61,470 nucleotides of DNA from an uncultured Acidobacteriota bacterium (GTDB lineage Bacteria > Acidobacteriota > Polarisedimenticolia > Polarisedimenticolales > DASRJG01): positions 1 through 61,470 of the forward strand of contig CAZVOE010000004.1 in the NCBI GenBank assembly GCA_964628935.1. The letters are read 5' to 3'. Numbering within the stretch: position 1 is the first letter of the stretch; every line of letters starts with the position of its first letter. Made by a program: the position numbers and the translations under genes. Of the stretch, positions 45,477 through 54,142 are shown one piece after another. The notes under the pieces are model-generated. The model saw only the letters and a program-made list of their open reading frames with translations, made no database searches and was not told the DNA's origin.

Positions 45477-46309
45477 TGCTCGGCAACAGCTTCGTGCACA
45501 TCCCGGGGATCGGCGCGAAGCGCGAGAGCGATCTCTGGCGCCGGGGATTCCACGATTGGGACCGCTTCCGCAGGGAGTACCCCAACGGAGCGTGGCGCGA
45601 TCTCGTGCTCCCTTGGCTCGATCGGGAGATCGCGGCGCGCGCCCTCCCGCGGCGGGAGGCCTGGCGCCTCGCGCCGGAGTTTCCCGGCCGGACGGCTTTC
45701 CTCGACATCGAGACGGAGGGACTCGGCGAGGCCGACGGCGTCACCTGCATCGGGCTTTCGGACGGCGAGAGCGTCGAGACCTTCGTCGCGGGGGAGAGCC
45801 TGACGCTCTTCCCGCACGCGCTCGAGCGTTTCGATCTCCTCGTGACCTACAACGGCTCCTGCTTCGATCTCCCCGTCCTCGCCCGTGCGTTTCCGCAGCT
45901 CGATTTTCGGAGGTTCCACCACGTCGACCTACGCTTCGCGCTGCATCGCCTGGGGGTCAAGGGAGGCCTCAAGGGGGCCGAACGCGCGCTCGGAATCGCA
46001 CGCTCGGGCGAGATCGAAGGGGTGGACGGCTTCCTCGCGGTCCTCCTCTGGAGGGAGCACCGCCGGGGACACCCGACCGCGCTCGAGACGCTCCTCCGGT
46101 ATTGCCTGGAGGACGTCGTTCACCTGAAGCCCCTCCTCGCGATCGCCTACAACCGACTCGCCGGAGAACTCCCGGTCGAGGTGCCGCGACTCGATGCGGG
46201 CAGGGAACCGGCGATCCCGTTCGAGGCGGATGGCGACCTCGTGAAACGGTTGCTCGGACGATCGGCGCCGGAGACGCGCGCGACGAGGTGGGCCGACCTC
46301 GATCAGTGA
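45476..46309 (+). CDS. HhH motif + YprB-type RNase-H-like (DEDD-like 3'-5' exonuclease fold, RNase_H_2/PF13482-like) protein
   Basis: FVHIPGIGAKRESDLWRRGF (HhH-like), AFLDIETEGL, LLVTYNGSCFDLPVL, HHVDLRF, YCLEDVVHL. The ATG shares one nt with the upstream TGA (TGATG). Confidence 0.75.
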   Translation: MLGNSFVHIPGIGAKRESDLWRRGFHDWDRFRREYPNGAWRDLVLPWLDREIAARALPRREAWRLAPEFPGRTAFLDIETEGLGEADGVTCIGLSDGESVETFVAGESLTLFPHALERFDLLVTYNGSCFDLPVLARAFPQLDFRRFHHVDLRFALHRLGVKGGLKGAERALGIARSGEIEGVDGFLAVLLWREHRRGHPTALETLLRYCLEDVVHLKPLLAIAYNRLAGELPVEVPRLDAGREPAIPFEADGDLVKRLLGRSAPETRATRWADLDQ

Positions 46310-46737
46310 CGCGCGGCGCGCGCGCAACGAGCACACATGCCCCGGAAGATCACCTGGGCTTCGTCCACCTCCGCCGAGAGCGAGGCCGGAGGATGGAGGC
46401 AGGGCTTCTTCCCCGCGACGCACGGCACGTCTTCGATCACGCCGCACGAGCGGCACACGAAGTGGTGGTGCCAACGCTCTCCCGCTTCGTAGAGGGCCGC
46501 TCCCGGGCCGGCGTCGGCCCGCATGAGCACGTGCGCGTCGCTCAGGTCGGCGACGACGTTGTACACCGACATTCGCGGAAGACGAACGCCGCGCCGGGCG
46601 AGAAGGTCGACGAGATCGTCGACTGAGTGGTGGCCGCCGATCTCGCGCAGCAGACCGTAAACGAGGAGGCGCGGGCGCGTGGCGCGGAGGCCGGCGGCCC
46701 GCAGGCGATCGACCAGTTCGTCTTGCCCCTTCCGCAA
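46303..46737 (-). CDS. Fur-family metalloregulator
   Basis: LRATRPRLLVYGLL, SVDDLVDLL...MSVYNVVADL, HHHFVCRSCGVIEDV and RGMCARC (CxxC pairs). Confidence 0.9.
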   Translation of the reverse strand: MRKGQDELVDRLRAAGLRATRPRLLVYGLLREIGGHHSVDDLVDLLARRGVRLPRMSVYNVVADLSDAHVLMRADAGPGAALYEAGERWHHHFVCRSCGVIEDVPCVAGKKPCLHPPASLSAEVDEAQVIFRGMCARCARAARH

Positions 46738-46862
46738 GGTCGTCCCCTCGCCCTCCGGCCCGGCTCCCTACGCTATCCCATACCCGGATTCCGTCAAGGT
46801 CGAGCGGTTGCCCGGAGAAACCGGGCCGGCGTATCTTCGCCCGATCGAGGAGGAGGAACGGG

Positions 46863-48767
46863 GTGTCGGGGCGCCCTCTTCTTTCGTGGATCGTCGGTGC
46901 GGCGGTCGGTGTCGCCGCCGGCTGTGCGCCGACCGAAGCGCCCGCTCCCTCGGCGCCCGCCGAGGCCCGATTCCTCGGCGACTCGTCGTGCCGACCTTGT
47001 CACCAGGGAATCGCCGCGACCTACGCCCACACCGGGATGGGGCGCGCCTGGTCGCGCATGGAACCGGGGAACGCCCCGGAGGACTTCTCCGGCACCCGCG
47101 TGGTGGAGGTCCCGGGAAGCCCCGTGCGCTACCGGACCACGGAGCGCAACGGACGGTATTTCGTCCGGCAATTCGTCGTCGACGGGTCGGGGGGAGAGCG
47201 AGCCGTCGACGAGCGCGAGATCGTGTGGGTCGCCGGTTCCAACAACCACTCTCGATCCTACGCGACCGTCGTCGACGGCCAGCTCTTCCAGATTCCCGTC
47301 TGCTGGTATCCCGAGAAACGGATCTGGGACCTTTGCCCCGGGTTCGAGCACGCGAACGACTACTTCGGGCGCGAACTCGAGCCCTCGTGCGTCTTCTGCC
47401 ACAACGGCAGGATGGTGCGCGTGGAAGGAACCCGGTCGCGGTACGAAGAGCCGATCCCGGAGGGGATCGGTTGCGAGCGCTGCCACGGTCCGGGCTCCCT
47501 CCATGTCGCGAGGTGGGAGCGAGGGGACGAGGCGCCGACGGGCGGCGCCGATCCGACGATCGTGAACCCCGCGCGCCTCGCGGCCAGGGAGCGGATCGAG
47601 GTCTGCTTCCAATGCCACCTCGGCGATTCGTTCGCGACCGAACGCGTCCTGCGCGACGGGAAGCGCCTCGAAGATTGGCGGCCGGGGATGCCCCTCGCGA
47701 CCCACGTGGTCCCGTTCCGCTGGCGCGAGGCCACCGTCGAGGATTTCGGGATCTCGGCGCAGGCCGACCGAATGGTGCTGAGTCGGTGCTACACCGCGAG
47801 CGGCGGGAAGCTCGAATGCCTGACGTGCCACGATCCGCACGTCACCGTCTACCGGACGGACCGACCGTCCGACTTCTTCTCCTCGAAGTGCCTCGGCTGT
47901 CACGACGTGGCCGCCTGCAAGCGCGGGAACGATTGCGTTTCCTGCCACATGCGACGCGCGGAACCCGACGATCACCCGCACACCACGTTCACCGATCACT
48001 GGATCCGCAAGCGGATCGACGTCCTCGAACCGAACGCGCGGACCGCCCTCGACCTCGAGCCGGTGATCGCGGGCTCGCTCGACGCGATCCCGGCGGGGGA
48101 GCGGGCGTACCTCGAGGCGCACGCTTATTTCCTCAAGGCGAGCGACGTTCCCCCGAAACTCCACAAGGCCGTCCTCGCGAAGGCGGAGGCGCATTTCCGC
48201 CGCGCGCTCACGCTCGGGCACGACAGCGCGGATCTCCGTTTTTTTCTCGGGAGGACGCTCTCGATTCTCGGCCGTCGCGACGAAGCGCTCGAGATGTTCC
48301 GGGAAGCGATCGACCTCGACCCCGCCCACCACGACGCGGCGTTCGACCTCGGTCGCGGTTTGCTGAGAGCGGGCCAGACGAACCGTGCGTCGGCGGTTCT
48401 CGAGGTGATGCTCGAGCGCCATCCCACCTCGCCGGCCGCGATGGCCGAGCTCGCGGCGGTGCGGATCCGGCAGGAGCGGCTCGACGAGGCGCTCGACCTG
48501 CTCGACCGTGCGATCGAGCGCGAACCGTGGACCGCGTCGCTCCACGCGAACCGGGCGGGGATCCTCGCGCATCGCGGGCGGATGGAAGAGGCGCTCGCGG
48601 CCGCCGAACATGCCGTCCGGTACGATCCCGAGAACGCCGCGTTCTGGGTCACCTATGCGAGACTCGCCGCCGCAACCGGCCGCGCCGGAGACGCCGATGC
48701 GGCGGAGGGGATCGCGAGAAGGTTGGCGGGGAGAAAGAAAGAGGGAGCGACCGGCCGTGACCGATGA
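46863..48767 (+). CDS. lipoprotein with seven CxxCH heme-binding motifs (multiheme cytochrome c) fused to C-terminal TPR repeats; GTG start
   Basis: Lipobox VAAGC. CRPCH, CVFCH, CERCH, CFQCH, CLTCH, CLGCH, CVSCH. TPR-like helices in the last ~230 aa. Confidence 0.85.
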   Translation: MSGRPLLSWIVGAAVGVAAGCAPTEAPAPSAPAEARFLGDSSCRPCHQGIAATYAHTGMGRAWSRMEPGNAPEDFSGTRVVEVPGSPVRYRTTERNGRYFVRQFVVDGSGGERAVDEREIVWVAGSNNHSRSYATVVDGQLFQIPVCWYPEKRIWDLCPGFEHANDYFGRELEPSCVFCHNGRMVRVEGTRSRYEEPIPEGIGCERCHGPGSLHVARWERGDEAPTGGADPTIVNPARLAARERIEVCFQCHLGDSFATERVLRDGKRLEDWRPGMPLATHVVPFRWREATVEDFGISAQADRMVLSRCYTASGGKLECLTCHDPHVTVYRTDRPSDFFSSKCLGCHDVAACKRGNDCVSCHMRRAEPDDHPHTTFTDHWIRKRIDVLEPNARTALDLEPVIAGSLDAIPAGERAYLEAHAYFLKASDVPPKLHKAVLAKAEAHFRRALTLGHDSADLRFFLGRTLSILGRRDEALEMFREAIDLDPAHHDAAFDLGRGLLRAGQTNRASAVLEVMLERHPTSPAAMAELAAVRIRQERLDEALDLLDRAIEREPWTASLHANRAGILAHRGRMEEALAAAEHAVRYDPENAAFWVTYARLAAATGRAGDADAAEGIARRLAGRKKEGATGRDR

Positions 48768-48887
48768 GGTGTTCGTCCCCTGCGTTTCGATCCGCGACGT
48801 CCTGCGTTCCCGCGACGCCGACGAGGTCGTGCGTCTCCACGTTGCGGCCGACGAACGATGGGTTCTCGAGGAGGAGCGGCCGACGCG

Positions 48888-49445
48888 ATGATCGACGCCG
48901 AAGTCCTCCCCACCCTTTACGCACCTCGCGTCCGTCTCCGCGCGATCGACCGGGAAGATGTCGACGCCCTATTCGAGATCTTCTCGGACCCCGACGTCAT
49001 GCGGTACTGGAGCAGCCCGCCGATGGTCCATCGCTCCGAGGCCGCGCACTTGCTCACCCGGATCGAGGAGCACTTCCGGAACCGGGACCTCTTCCAATGG
49101 GGCGTCGCGCTCACGAACGAGGACCGGTTGATCGGCACATGCACGCTCGCCCACCTGAACGTCGCGAACCGCCGCGCCGAGCTCGGGTTTGCGCTCGGGA
49201 GGGCCCATTGGCGGAAGGGGCTCATGCGCGAGGCGCTCGGCGCCCTCCTCGATTTCGGATTCGGCGAGTGGAACTTCCACCGCATCGAGGCCGATGTCGA
49301 CCCGCGCAACGAGCCTTCGCTCCGGCTCCTCGAAGGACTCGGATTCCAGCGGGAGGGCTTCCTTCGCGAGCGATGGCTCGCGAACGGGGAAACGCAGGAC
49401 ACGGTCCTCCTCGGGCTTCTCCAGAAGGAATGGCGACGGCGCTGA
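48888..49445 (+). CDS. GNAT N-acetyltransferase (RimJ/RimL-like)
   Basis: VRLRAIDREDVDALFEIFSDPDVMRYW, RAELGFALGRAHWRKGLMREA, RIEADVDPRNEPSLRLLEGLGF. GAGGAGG about 13 nt upstream of ATG 48888 (alternative ATG at 48858). Confidence 0.85.
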   Translation: MIDAEVLPTLYAPRVRLRAIDREDVDALFEIFSDPDVMRYWSSPPMVHRSEAAHLLTRIEEHFRNRDLFQWGVALTNEDRLIGTCTLAHLNVANRRAELGFALGRAHWRKGLMREALGALLDFGFGEWNFHRIEADVDPRNEPSLRLLEGLGFQREGFLRERWLANGETQDTVLLGLLQKEWRRR

Positions 49446-49448
49446 GGG

Positions 49449-49973
49449 CTACGCGATACCGGCTGCCGAGAGGCGGCGGAGGACATCCCCGACCATCGCG
49501 TCCCGCGAGGCGCGCGACATCCGCACGAGCTCGATCCGGGGGTCCTGGCGCACCCGCTTCGGGAACCCGACCCCGTGGACCGCGACCGTGCCGAGGACGG
49601 GAACGGGGGAGGCGAGCAGGACCTCGACCGCTTCGCGGAAGGCGGTCGAGAACGACTCCATCTTCCCGACCTCGTCGAGAACGACGAGACGGGTCGCCGG
49701 GGACGGGCGGAGGGCGTCGAGGCCGACGCGTTCGAGGCCTTCGAGGACGACGCCGTACGGCCCGACCCTCGCGACCCCTTTTTCGCGCACGTGAGCGAGG
49801 AGGAAGTCCCGCCCGTCGAGAGTGACGCCACGGAATCCGGTGCGCACCCTGCCGTCGCGCAGTTCCTCCGTCCAAAACCCGGTCATCACGACGTTCGGCG
49901 CGAGGCGCTCCACAACGCGACGGACGAGGGTCGTCTTGCCGCAGCCCGGATCGCCGGTGATGAACAATTTCAA
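49449..49973 (-). CDS. THEP1-type nucleoside-triphosphatase; TTG start
   Basis: Walker A FITGDPGCGKTT, Walker B LVVLDEVGKME. TTGA overlap with the upstream gene's stop. Confidence 0.8.
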   Translation of the reverse strand: MKLFITGDPGCGKTTLVRRVVERLAPNVVMTGFWTEELRDGRVRTGFRGVTLDGRDFLLAHVREKGVARVGPYGVVLEGLERVGLDALRPSPATRLVVLDEVGKMESFSTAFREAVEVLLASPVPVLGTVAVHGVGFPKRVRQDPRIELVRMSRASRDAMVGDVLRRLSAAGIA

Positions 49974-50329
49974 GAGGCGGTCAGCGTGATCGAGTCGCCC
50001 GAGACGGCGACCGGGTACTCGACGAGCGGTTTCGTGACCGGACCCTGGAAGGGCTGCCCGTCGGCGTCGAACCAGCCCCCCTGGCACGGGCACTTGTATC
50101 GCTTCAGGTCCTCCTGCCACGCCACGACGCATCCCTCGTGGGTGCACAGGAGCGACCGAGCGATGAATCGGTCCTGAGTTCGTTGAATCTCGACGGGGAT
50201 GTCCCCCAGCGCGACGACCTTCCGCGCGCCGATCGGAAGCTCCGCGAGGGGGACCGTCGCGGCGATCGGACCCTTCGCTCCGCCGCATCCGACGAGCGCG
50301 CCGAGCTCGAGGAGAACTCCTCCGGCCAA
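49970..50329 (-). CDS. Rieske-like [2Fe-2S] domain lipoprotein with atypical second ligand box (CPCQ); start uncertain, possibly degenerate
   Basis: CTHEGC...YKCPCQGGWFDADGQPFQGP. Lipobox LVGCGG. An RRRSVLRLVAG Tat-like motif lies upstream in frame, but no ATG/GTG/TTG/CTG lies between it and the tRNA. The first canonical start is TTG at 50329. Confidence 0.55.
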   Translation of the reverse strand: MAGGVLLELGALVGCGGAKGPIAATVPLAELPIGARKVVALGDIPVEIQRTQDRFIARSLLCTHEGCVVAWQEDLKRYKCPCQGGWFDADGQPFQGPVTKPLVEYPVAVSGDSITLTAS

Positions 50330-50397
50330 CCCGCCGGCGACGAGCCGGAGGACGCTGCGCCGGCGCTGGCAGAACGAAAGGTCCTCGGCCGAGACGG

Positions 50398-50470
50398 CAG
50401 GGGAGACAGGAATCGAACCTGCAACCCCCGGTTTTGGAGACCGGTGCTCTGCCAATTGAGCTACTCCCCT
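50398..50470 (-). tRNA. trnW: tRNA-Trp (anticodon CCA), 3' CCA not encoded
   Basis: Reverse complement AGGGGAGTAGCTCAATTGGCAGAGCACCGGTCTCCAAAACCGGGGGTTGCAGGTTCGATTCCTGTCTCCCCTG folds as a cloverleaf. The acceptor arms AGGGGAG/CTCCCCT pair; the anticodon loop is CTCCAAA. Confidence 0.9.
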
Positions 50471-50531
50471 GTGTCCCGTCCCTGCTCCGGGGGGCGGAGC
50501 CCGCGAAGTGTACAACCCGCCCCGGGGGGGA

Positions 50532-51170
50532 TCAACCGGACCGGCGCTTCCAGGAAGCCCGATTCCTTCCGCGTCCCTCGACGAGGTACTTCGCCTCGAA
50601 GTTCGTGAGCGGCAGAGTCGGGTCCCCGGGAAACCCCTCCCCGCCGAACTCCGGGAGGCGTTCAAAGGCGGGGTGCGCGTCGACCAGAGGCTCGATCACC
50701 GCCCAGTAGTCCGCGTGATCGGTCGCGACGTGGAGCCGGCCGCCCGCGGCGAGGAGGCGCGCCACCCCGTCGAGCGTCGCCGGCTGGAAGAAGCGACGCT
50801 TGTGGTGGCGCTTCTTCGGCCAGGGATCCGGGTAGAAAACGTAGAGGGCGCGCACGGACGCGGGACGGAACGCCCGCGCGACCAGCTCGCGCGCGTCGAC
50901 CCGGACGAAGCGGACGTTCTCGAGGCCGCGCTTCGCCGCCCGCGTTTCGGCGATCCGGAGGAACTCGTTCGCCCACTCGACCCCGAGATGGTTGACGTCG
51001 GGGCGCGCCTCGGCGGCGGCGAGGAGGAATCGTCCCTTCCCGATCCCGATCTCGACCTCGACCGGATGGTCGTTTCCGAAGATCGTCTTCCAGTCGAGTC
51101 CAGCGAGCGAACGCTCCGGATCGAGGCGCAAGGGGTGATCCAGTCCGACGTGGGCGCGCATCCCTCCCAT
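50532..51170 (-). CDS. trmB: tRNA (guanine46-N7)-methyltransferase
   Basis: VEIGIGKGRFLL, LGVEW, YVFYPDPWPKKRHHKRR, TNFEAKY. Confidence 0.9.
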   Translation of the reverse strand: MGGMRAHVGLDHPLRLDPERSLAGLDWKTIFGNDHPVEVEIGIGKGRFLLAAAEARPDVNHLGVEWANEFLRIAETRAAKRGLENVRFVRVDARELVARAFRPASVRALYVFYPDPWPKKRHHKRRFFQPATLDGVARLLAAGGRLHVATDHADYWAVIEPLVDAHPAFERLPEFGGEGFPGDPTLPLTNFEAKYLVEGRGRNRASWKRRSG

Positions 51171-51172
51171 TG

Positions 51173-52480
51173 TTACATCGAGACCGGCCCCGGCGTCTCC
51201 TCCCCCGAGAGCGCTGCGAGGACCTCGCCGACGAGATAGAGCGAACCCGCGACGAGGACCCATCCCGAGGGCCGAGCGAGGGAACGCGCGCGCGCGATCG
51301 CCTCCGCGGGATCTTCGACCGTCTCGATCCGTGCGCACCACGCCCGCGCGGCCGTGGCGAGATCGCGCGCGGAGGCGGCGCGGCGCACCCGCGGCTCGGT
51401 CGCGACGACCGCGATCGAACGTTCGGCGAGAGGGCGGAGCATCGCGTCGAGGTCCTTGTCCCTCATCGCGGCGAAGAGGAGGACGGGGGGAGGGTCGTTT
51501 CTGCCGTCGAGGTAGGCGAGGAGAGTCGCGACGCCCGCCGGGTTGTGCGCGCCGTCGAGGAGGACGGGAGGATCCCCCGCGACCCACTCGAGACGGCCGC
51601 GCCATCGGGTGCGGGCGAGCCCGTCACGGACCGCGCCCGGGTCGATCTCGAGGCCGATCGCTTCCGCGAAGCGCTCGAAGACGACGACCGCCGTTCTCGC
51701 GTTCTTCCGCTGGTGGTCGCCGGGGAGGGTGAGTCGCAAGCCGTCGTACAAGAGGCGCTCCGTCGCGATCCCGAACGTGCCTCCTCGTCCGTCCTCGATC
51801 GACGCCACCCGCGGCGCCACGACGAGCTCCGCACCGATGCGAGCCGCCGTTTCCCTCAGCGCGCCGAGGGCCCGTCCTTCCCCCATCCCGGCGACGAGCG
51901 GACGCCCCGGCCGGGCGATTGCCCCCTTCTCCCGAGCGATCGCTTCGACGGTCGCGCCGAGGATCGCGGTGTGATCGAGGTCGACCGAGACGACGGCAGA
52001 GACGAGCGGGTCGGTCGCGTTCGTCGCGTCGAGACGTCCCCCGAGGCCGACCTCGAGGACCGCGGCCGGAAGTCCCGCGTCGCGGAAGGCGAGACAGGCG
52101 GCGGCGGTCATCACCTCGAAGAACGAGGGGTGCGTTGCGAGGCGCCCGTCCGCCATGCCACGCTCGCACGCTTGCCGAACCGCCGCGAGAAGACGCCGAA
52201 ACTCCGCATCCGCGACGTCGGCGCCGCGGAGGCGGATCCGCTCGTGGGGGCGGACGAGGTGGGGGGACGAGTAGAACCCCGCGCCGACGCCGTGCTCCGC
52301 GAGGATGGCGTCGAGCATCGCGGCGACCGAACCCTTGCCGTTCGTCCCGCCGACGAGGACCGACCGGAAGGCGCGGTCGGGCCGTTCGAGCGCCTCGAGG
52401 AGCCCCCGGATTCCGTCGAGGCCGAGCTTGACCCCGAGATCCTGGAGCCCGTAGAGCCACCCGACGAGGTCGTGCTTCAC
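51173..52480 (-). CDS. folC: bifunctional folylpolyglutamate synthase / dihydrofolate synthase; GTG start
   Basis: VLVGGTNGKGSVAAML (P-loop), SSPHLVRPHERI, LEVGLGGRLDATN, LLDGAHNPAG. Confidence 0.9.
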   Translation of the reverse strand: MKHDLVGWLYGLQDLGVKLGLDGIRGLLEALERPDRAFRSVLVGGTNGKGSVAAMLDAILAEHGVGAGFYSSPHLVRPHERIRLRGADVADAEFRRLLAAVRQACERGMADGRLATHPSFFEVMTAAACLAFRDAGLPAAVLEVGLGGRLDATNATDPLVSAVVSVDLDHTAILGATVEAIAREKGAIARPGRPLVAGMGEGRALGALRETAARIGAELVVAPRVASIEDGRGGTFGIATERLLYDGLRLTLPGDHQRKNARTAVVVFERFAEAIGLEIDPGAVRDGLARTRWRGRLEWVAGDPPVLLDGAHNPAGVATLLAYLDGRNDPPPVLLFAAMRDKDLDAMLRPLAERSIAVVATEPRVRRAASARDLATAARAWCARIETVEDPAEAIARARSLARPSGWVLVAGSLYLVGEVLAALSGEETPGPVSM

Positions 52481-52502
52481 GCGGCCGGTATCATAGCGAT
52501 CC

Positions 52503-54080
52503 GTGCGCGAACTCCGACGGCTCGTGTTTGCCTCCGTGCTCGCCGTGGCCGGACTCGCCGTGCTCGCCCGGCTCGGGGATGCGCCGCTCTTCGACCCCGA
52601 CGAAGCGCGCTTCGCGAGAACCTCGGTCGAGATGGCGTGGAGCGGCGATCTCGTCGTCCCGACCTACCTCGGGGAGCCGCGTCTCCAGAAGCCGCCGCTT
52701 CTTCATTGGCTCCAGGCTGCCCTCTTCCGGGCGTTCGGCCCGGGCGAGTTCCTCGCGCGCCTGCCCGCCGCGGTCGCGACGGTCGGCTCTCTCGCGATCC
52801 TCGGGATCGCCGCGCGGCGGCGCTTCGGCCCCGAGGCCGCTCCGTGGGCCGTCGCCGCTCTCGCCTCGATGCCCCTCGTTTTTTTTCTCGGCAGGAGCGG
52901 GACGACCGACGCCCTGCTCGCGGTCCACGTCCTCGCGGCGGTTTTGCTCGACCTCGCTCCTCCAGCGGAGGAACGGAAGGGGCGGGCGCTCCTCTTCGGC
53001 GCCCTCCTCGGGATGGCCTTTCTCGCCAAGGGGCCGGTCGGGGTGCTCCTTCCGGTTCTCGTCGTCCTCGCGGGGCGGACCGCATCGGGGCGCGAAGTCT
53101 GGCCGGGCTGGGAGCCGGTCGTCAAAGCGCTCGCGGCCGTCCTCGCGGTCGCGGCGCCGTGGGGGCTCGCCCTTCTCGCTCGGGTCGGTTGGCCGGCGAT
53201 TCGGGATCTCCTCGGGACGGAGCTCGGGGCGCGGATCGTGGAAGGAGGGGGGCACGCGGAGCCGGCCTGGTACTACCTCGCCGTCTTCCCCGTCGTGACC
53301 CTCCCGTGGGGGCTCGTCGTCGCGGTCGCCCTCGTCCGCGCCGTCTCCGAGGCCCGGGACCCTGCGTCACGGACCGCGCGCTACACGGCGGCGGGGCTCG
53401 CCGCCGGGATCGCGTTCTTCTCGCTCAGCCGCGGGAAGCTTCCGAGCTACTTGCTCCCCCTTCTTCCTCTCGCCGCTCTCCTCGTGGCGTACGAGGTCGG
53501 GGAGTCGCTTCGCAGGGCCCCCGCCCGCACCCTCGCCCCTCTTCTCGCCGCCGCGACGCTCCTTGCGGAGGGAGGGGCGGTGGTGGTCCTGGCGCTGCGC
53601 AGCGTCGGAGAGGGAGAGCGCGGGCTCGCGTGGACGACGGCGGGGATCCTCGCGGCCGGGGCGTTCGCGACGGCGGTCCTCTGGATCCTCGAGCGGCCGC
53701 GCGGAGCGTGGGGCGCGGCGGCGCTCGCGCAGGCCACGGCGCTCGTCGCGGTCGCATGGTTCCCGCCGGCCGCGCTCATCGAACGCAGGAGCACCGCCGC
53801 GTTCGTCCAGGACACCCCCGAGCTCCGGACGCCGAGGCCGCTCGTCCTCGCGGTCGATCCGCACCCGAGCCTCGCGTTCTACACGGGACGGATCCCCGAG
53901 TTCGTTCCCGCCTCCGGGGTCGCGGCACGGCTGCAACGGGAGGACGACGCGATCTGGGTCTTCGAGCGGGACGACTGGGAGTCGCTCGATCCTGCGCTGC
54001 GGGAGCGATTCCGGGTCGTCCGCGCGCAAGGCCAGTTCCTCGCGGCCGAGGCGGGCTCCGCCGTTCCTCGTCAAAAGTAG
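52503..54080 (+). CDS. GT39/ArnT-like polyprenyl-phosphate-dependent glycosyltransferase; GTG start
   Basis: Multi-TM protein. PLFDPDEARFARTSVEM and KPPLLHW motifs are typical of the ArnT/PMT_2 family. Confidence 0.85.
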   Translation: MRELRRLVFASVLAVAGLAVLARLGDAPLFDPDEARFARTSVEMAWSGDLVVPTYLGEPRLQKPPLLHWLQAALFRAFGPGEFLARLPAAVATVGSLAILGIAARRRFGPEAAPWAVAALASMPLVFFLGRSGTTDALLAVHVLAAVLLDLAPPAEERKGRALLFGALLGMAFLAKGPVGVLLPVLVVLAGRTASGREVWPGWEPVVKALAAVLAVAAPWGLALLARVGWPAIRDLLGTELGARIVEGGGHAEPAWYYLAVFPVVTLPWGLVVAVALVRAVSEARDPASRTARYTAAGLAAGIAFFSLSRGKLPSYLLPLLPLAALLVAYEVGESLRRAPARTLAPLLAAATLLAEGGAVVVLALRSVGEGERGLAWTTAGILAAGAFATAVLWILERPRGAWGAAALAQATALVAVAWFPPAALIERRSTAAFVQDTPELRTPRPLVLAVDPHPSLAFYTGRIPEFVPASGVAARLQREDDAIWVFERDDWESLDPALRERFRVVRAQGQFLAAEAGSAVPRQK

Positions 54081-54142
54081 GACGAAAGCGAAGCCGTCTT
54101 CGCTTGACGCTCGATCCGGGAGGCTGTTAGGTTCGCGGCCGC

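Noticed and set aside
50104-50424. 106-aa minus-strand ORF starting inside tRNA-Trp.
   Set aside because: It starts within the tRNA gene, has Ser/Arg-rich low-complexity translation, and is out of frame with the recognisable Rieske-like motifs.
52481-52502. Only 22 nt separate the divergent folC (GTG 52480) and GT39 (GTG 52503) starts, which might indicate a mis-called start or leaderless transcripts.
   Set aside because: Both N-termini match family expectations, and no better in-frame starts exist nearby. This cannot be resolved without transcript mapping, so it is left as a note.
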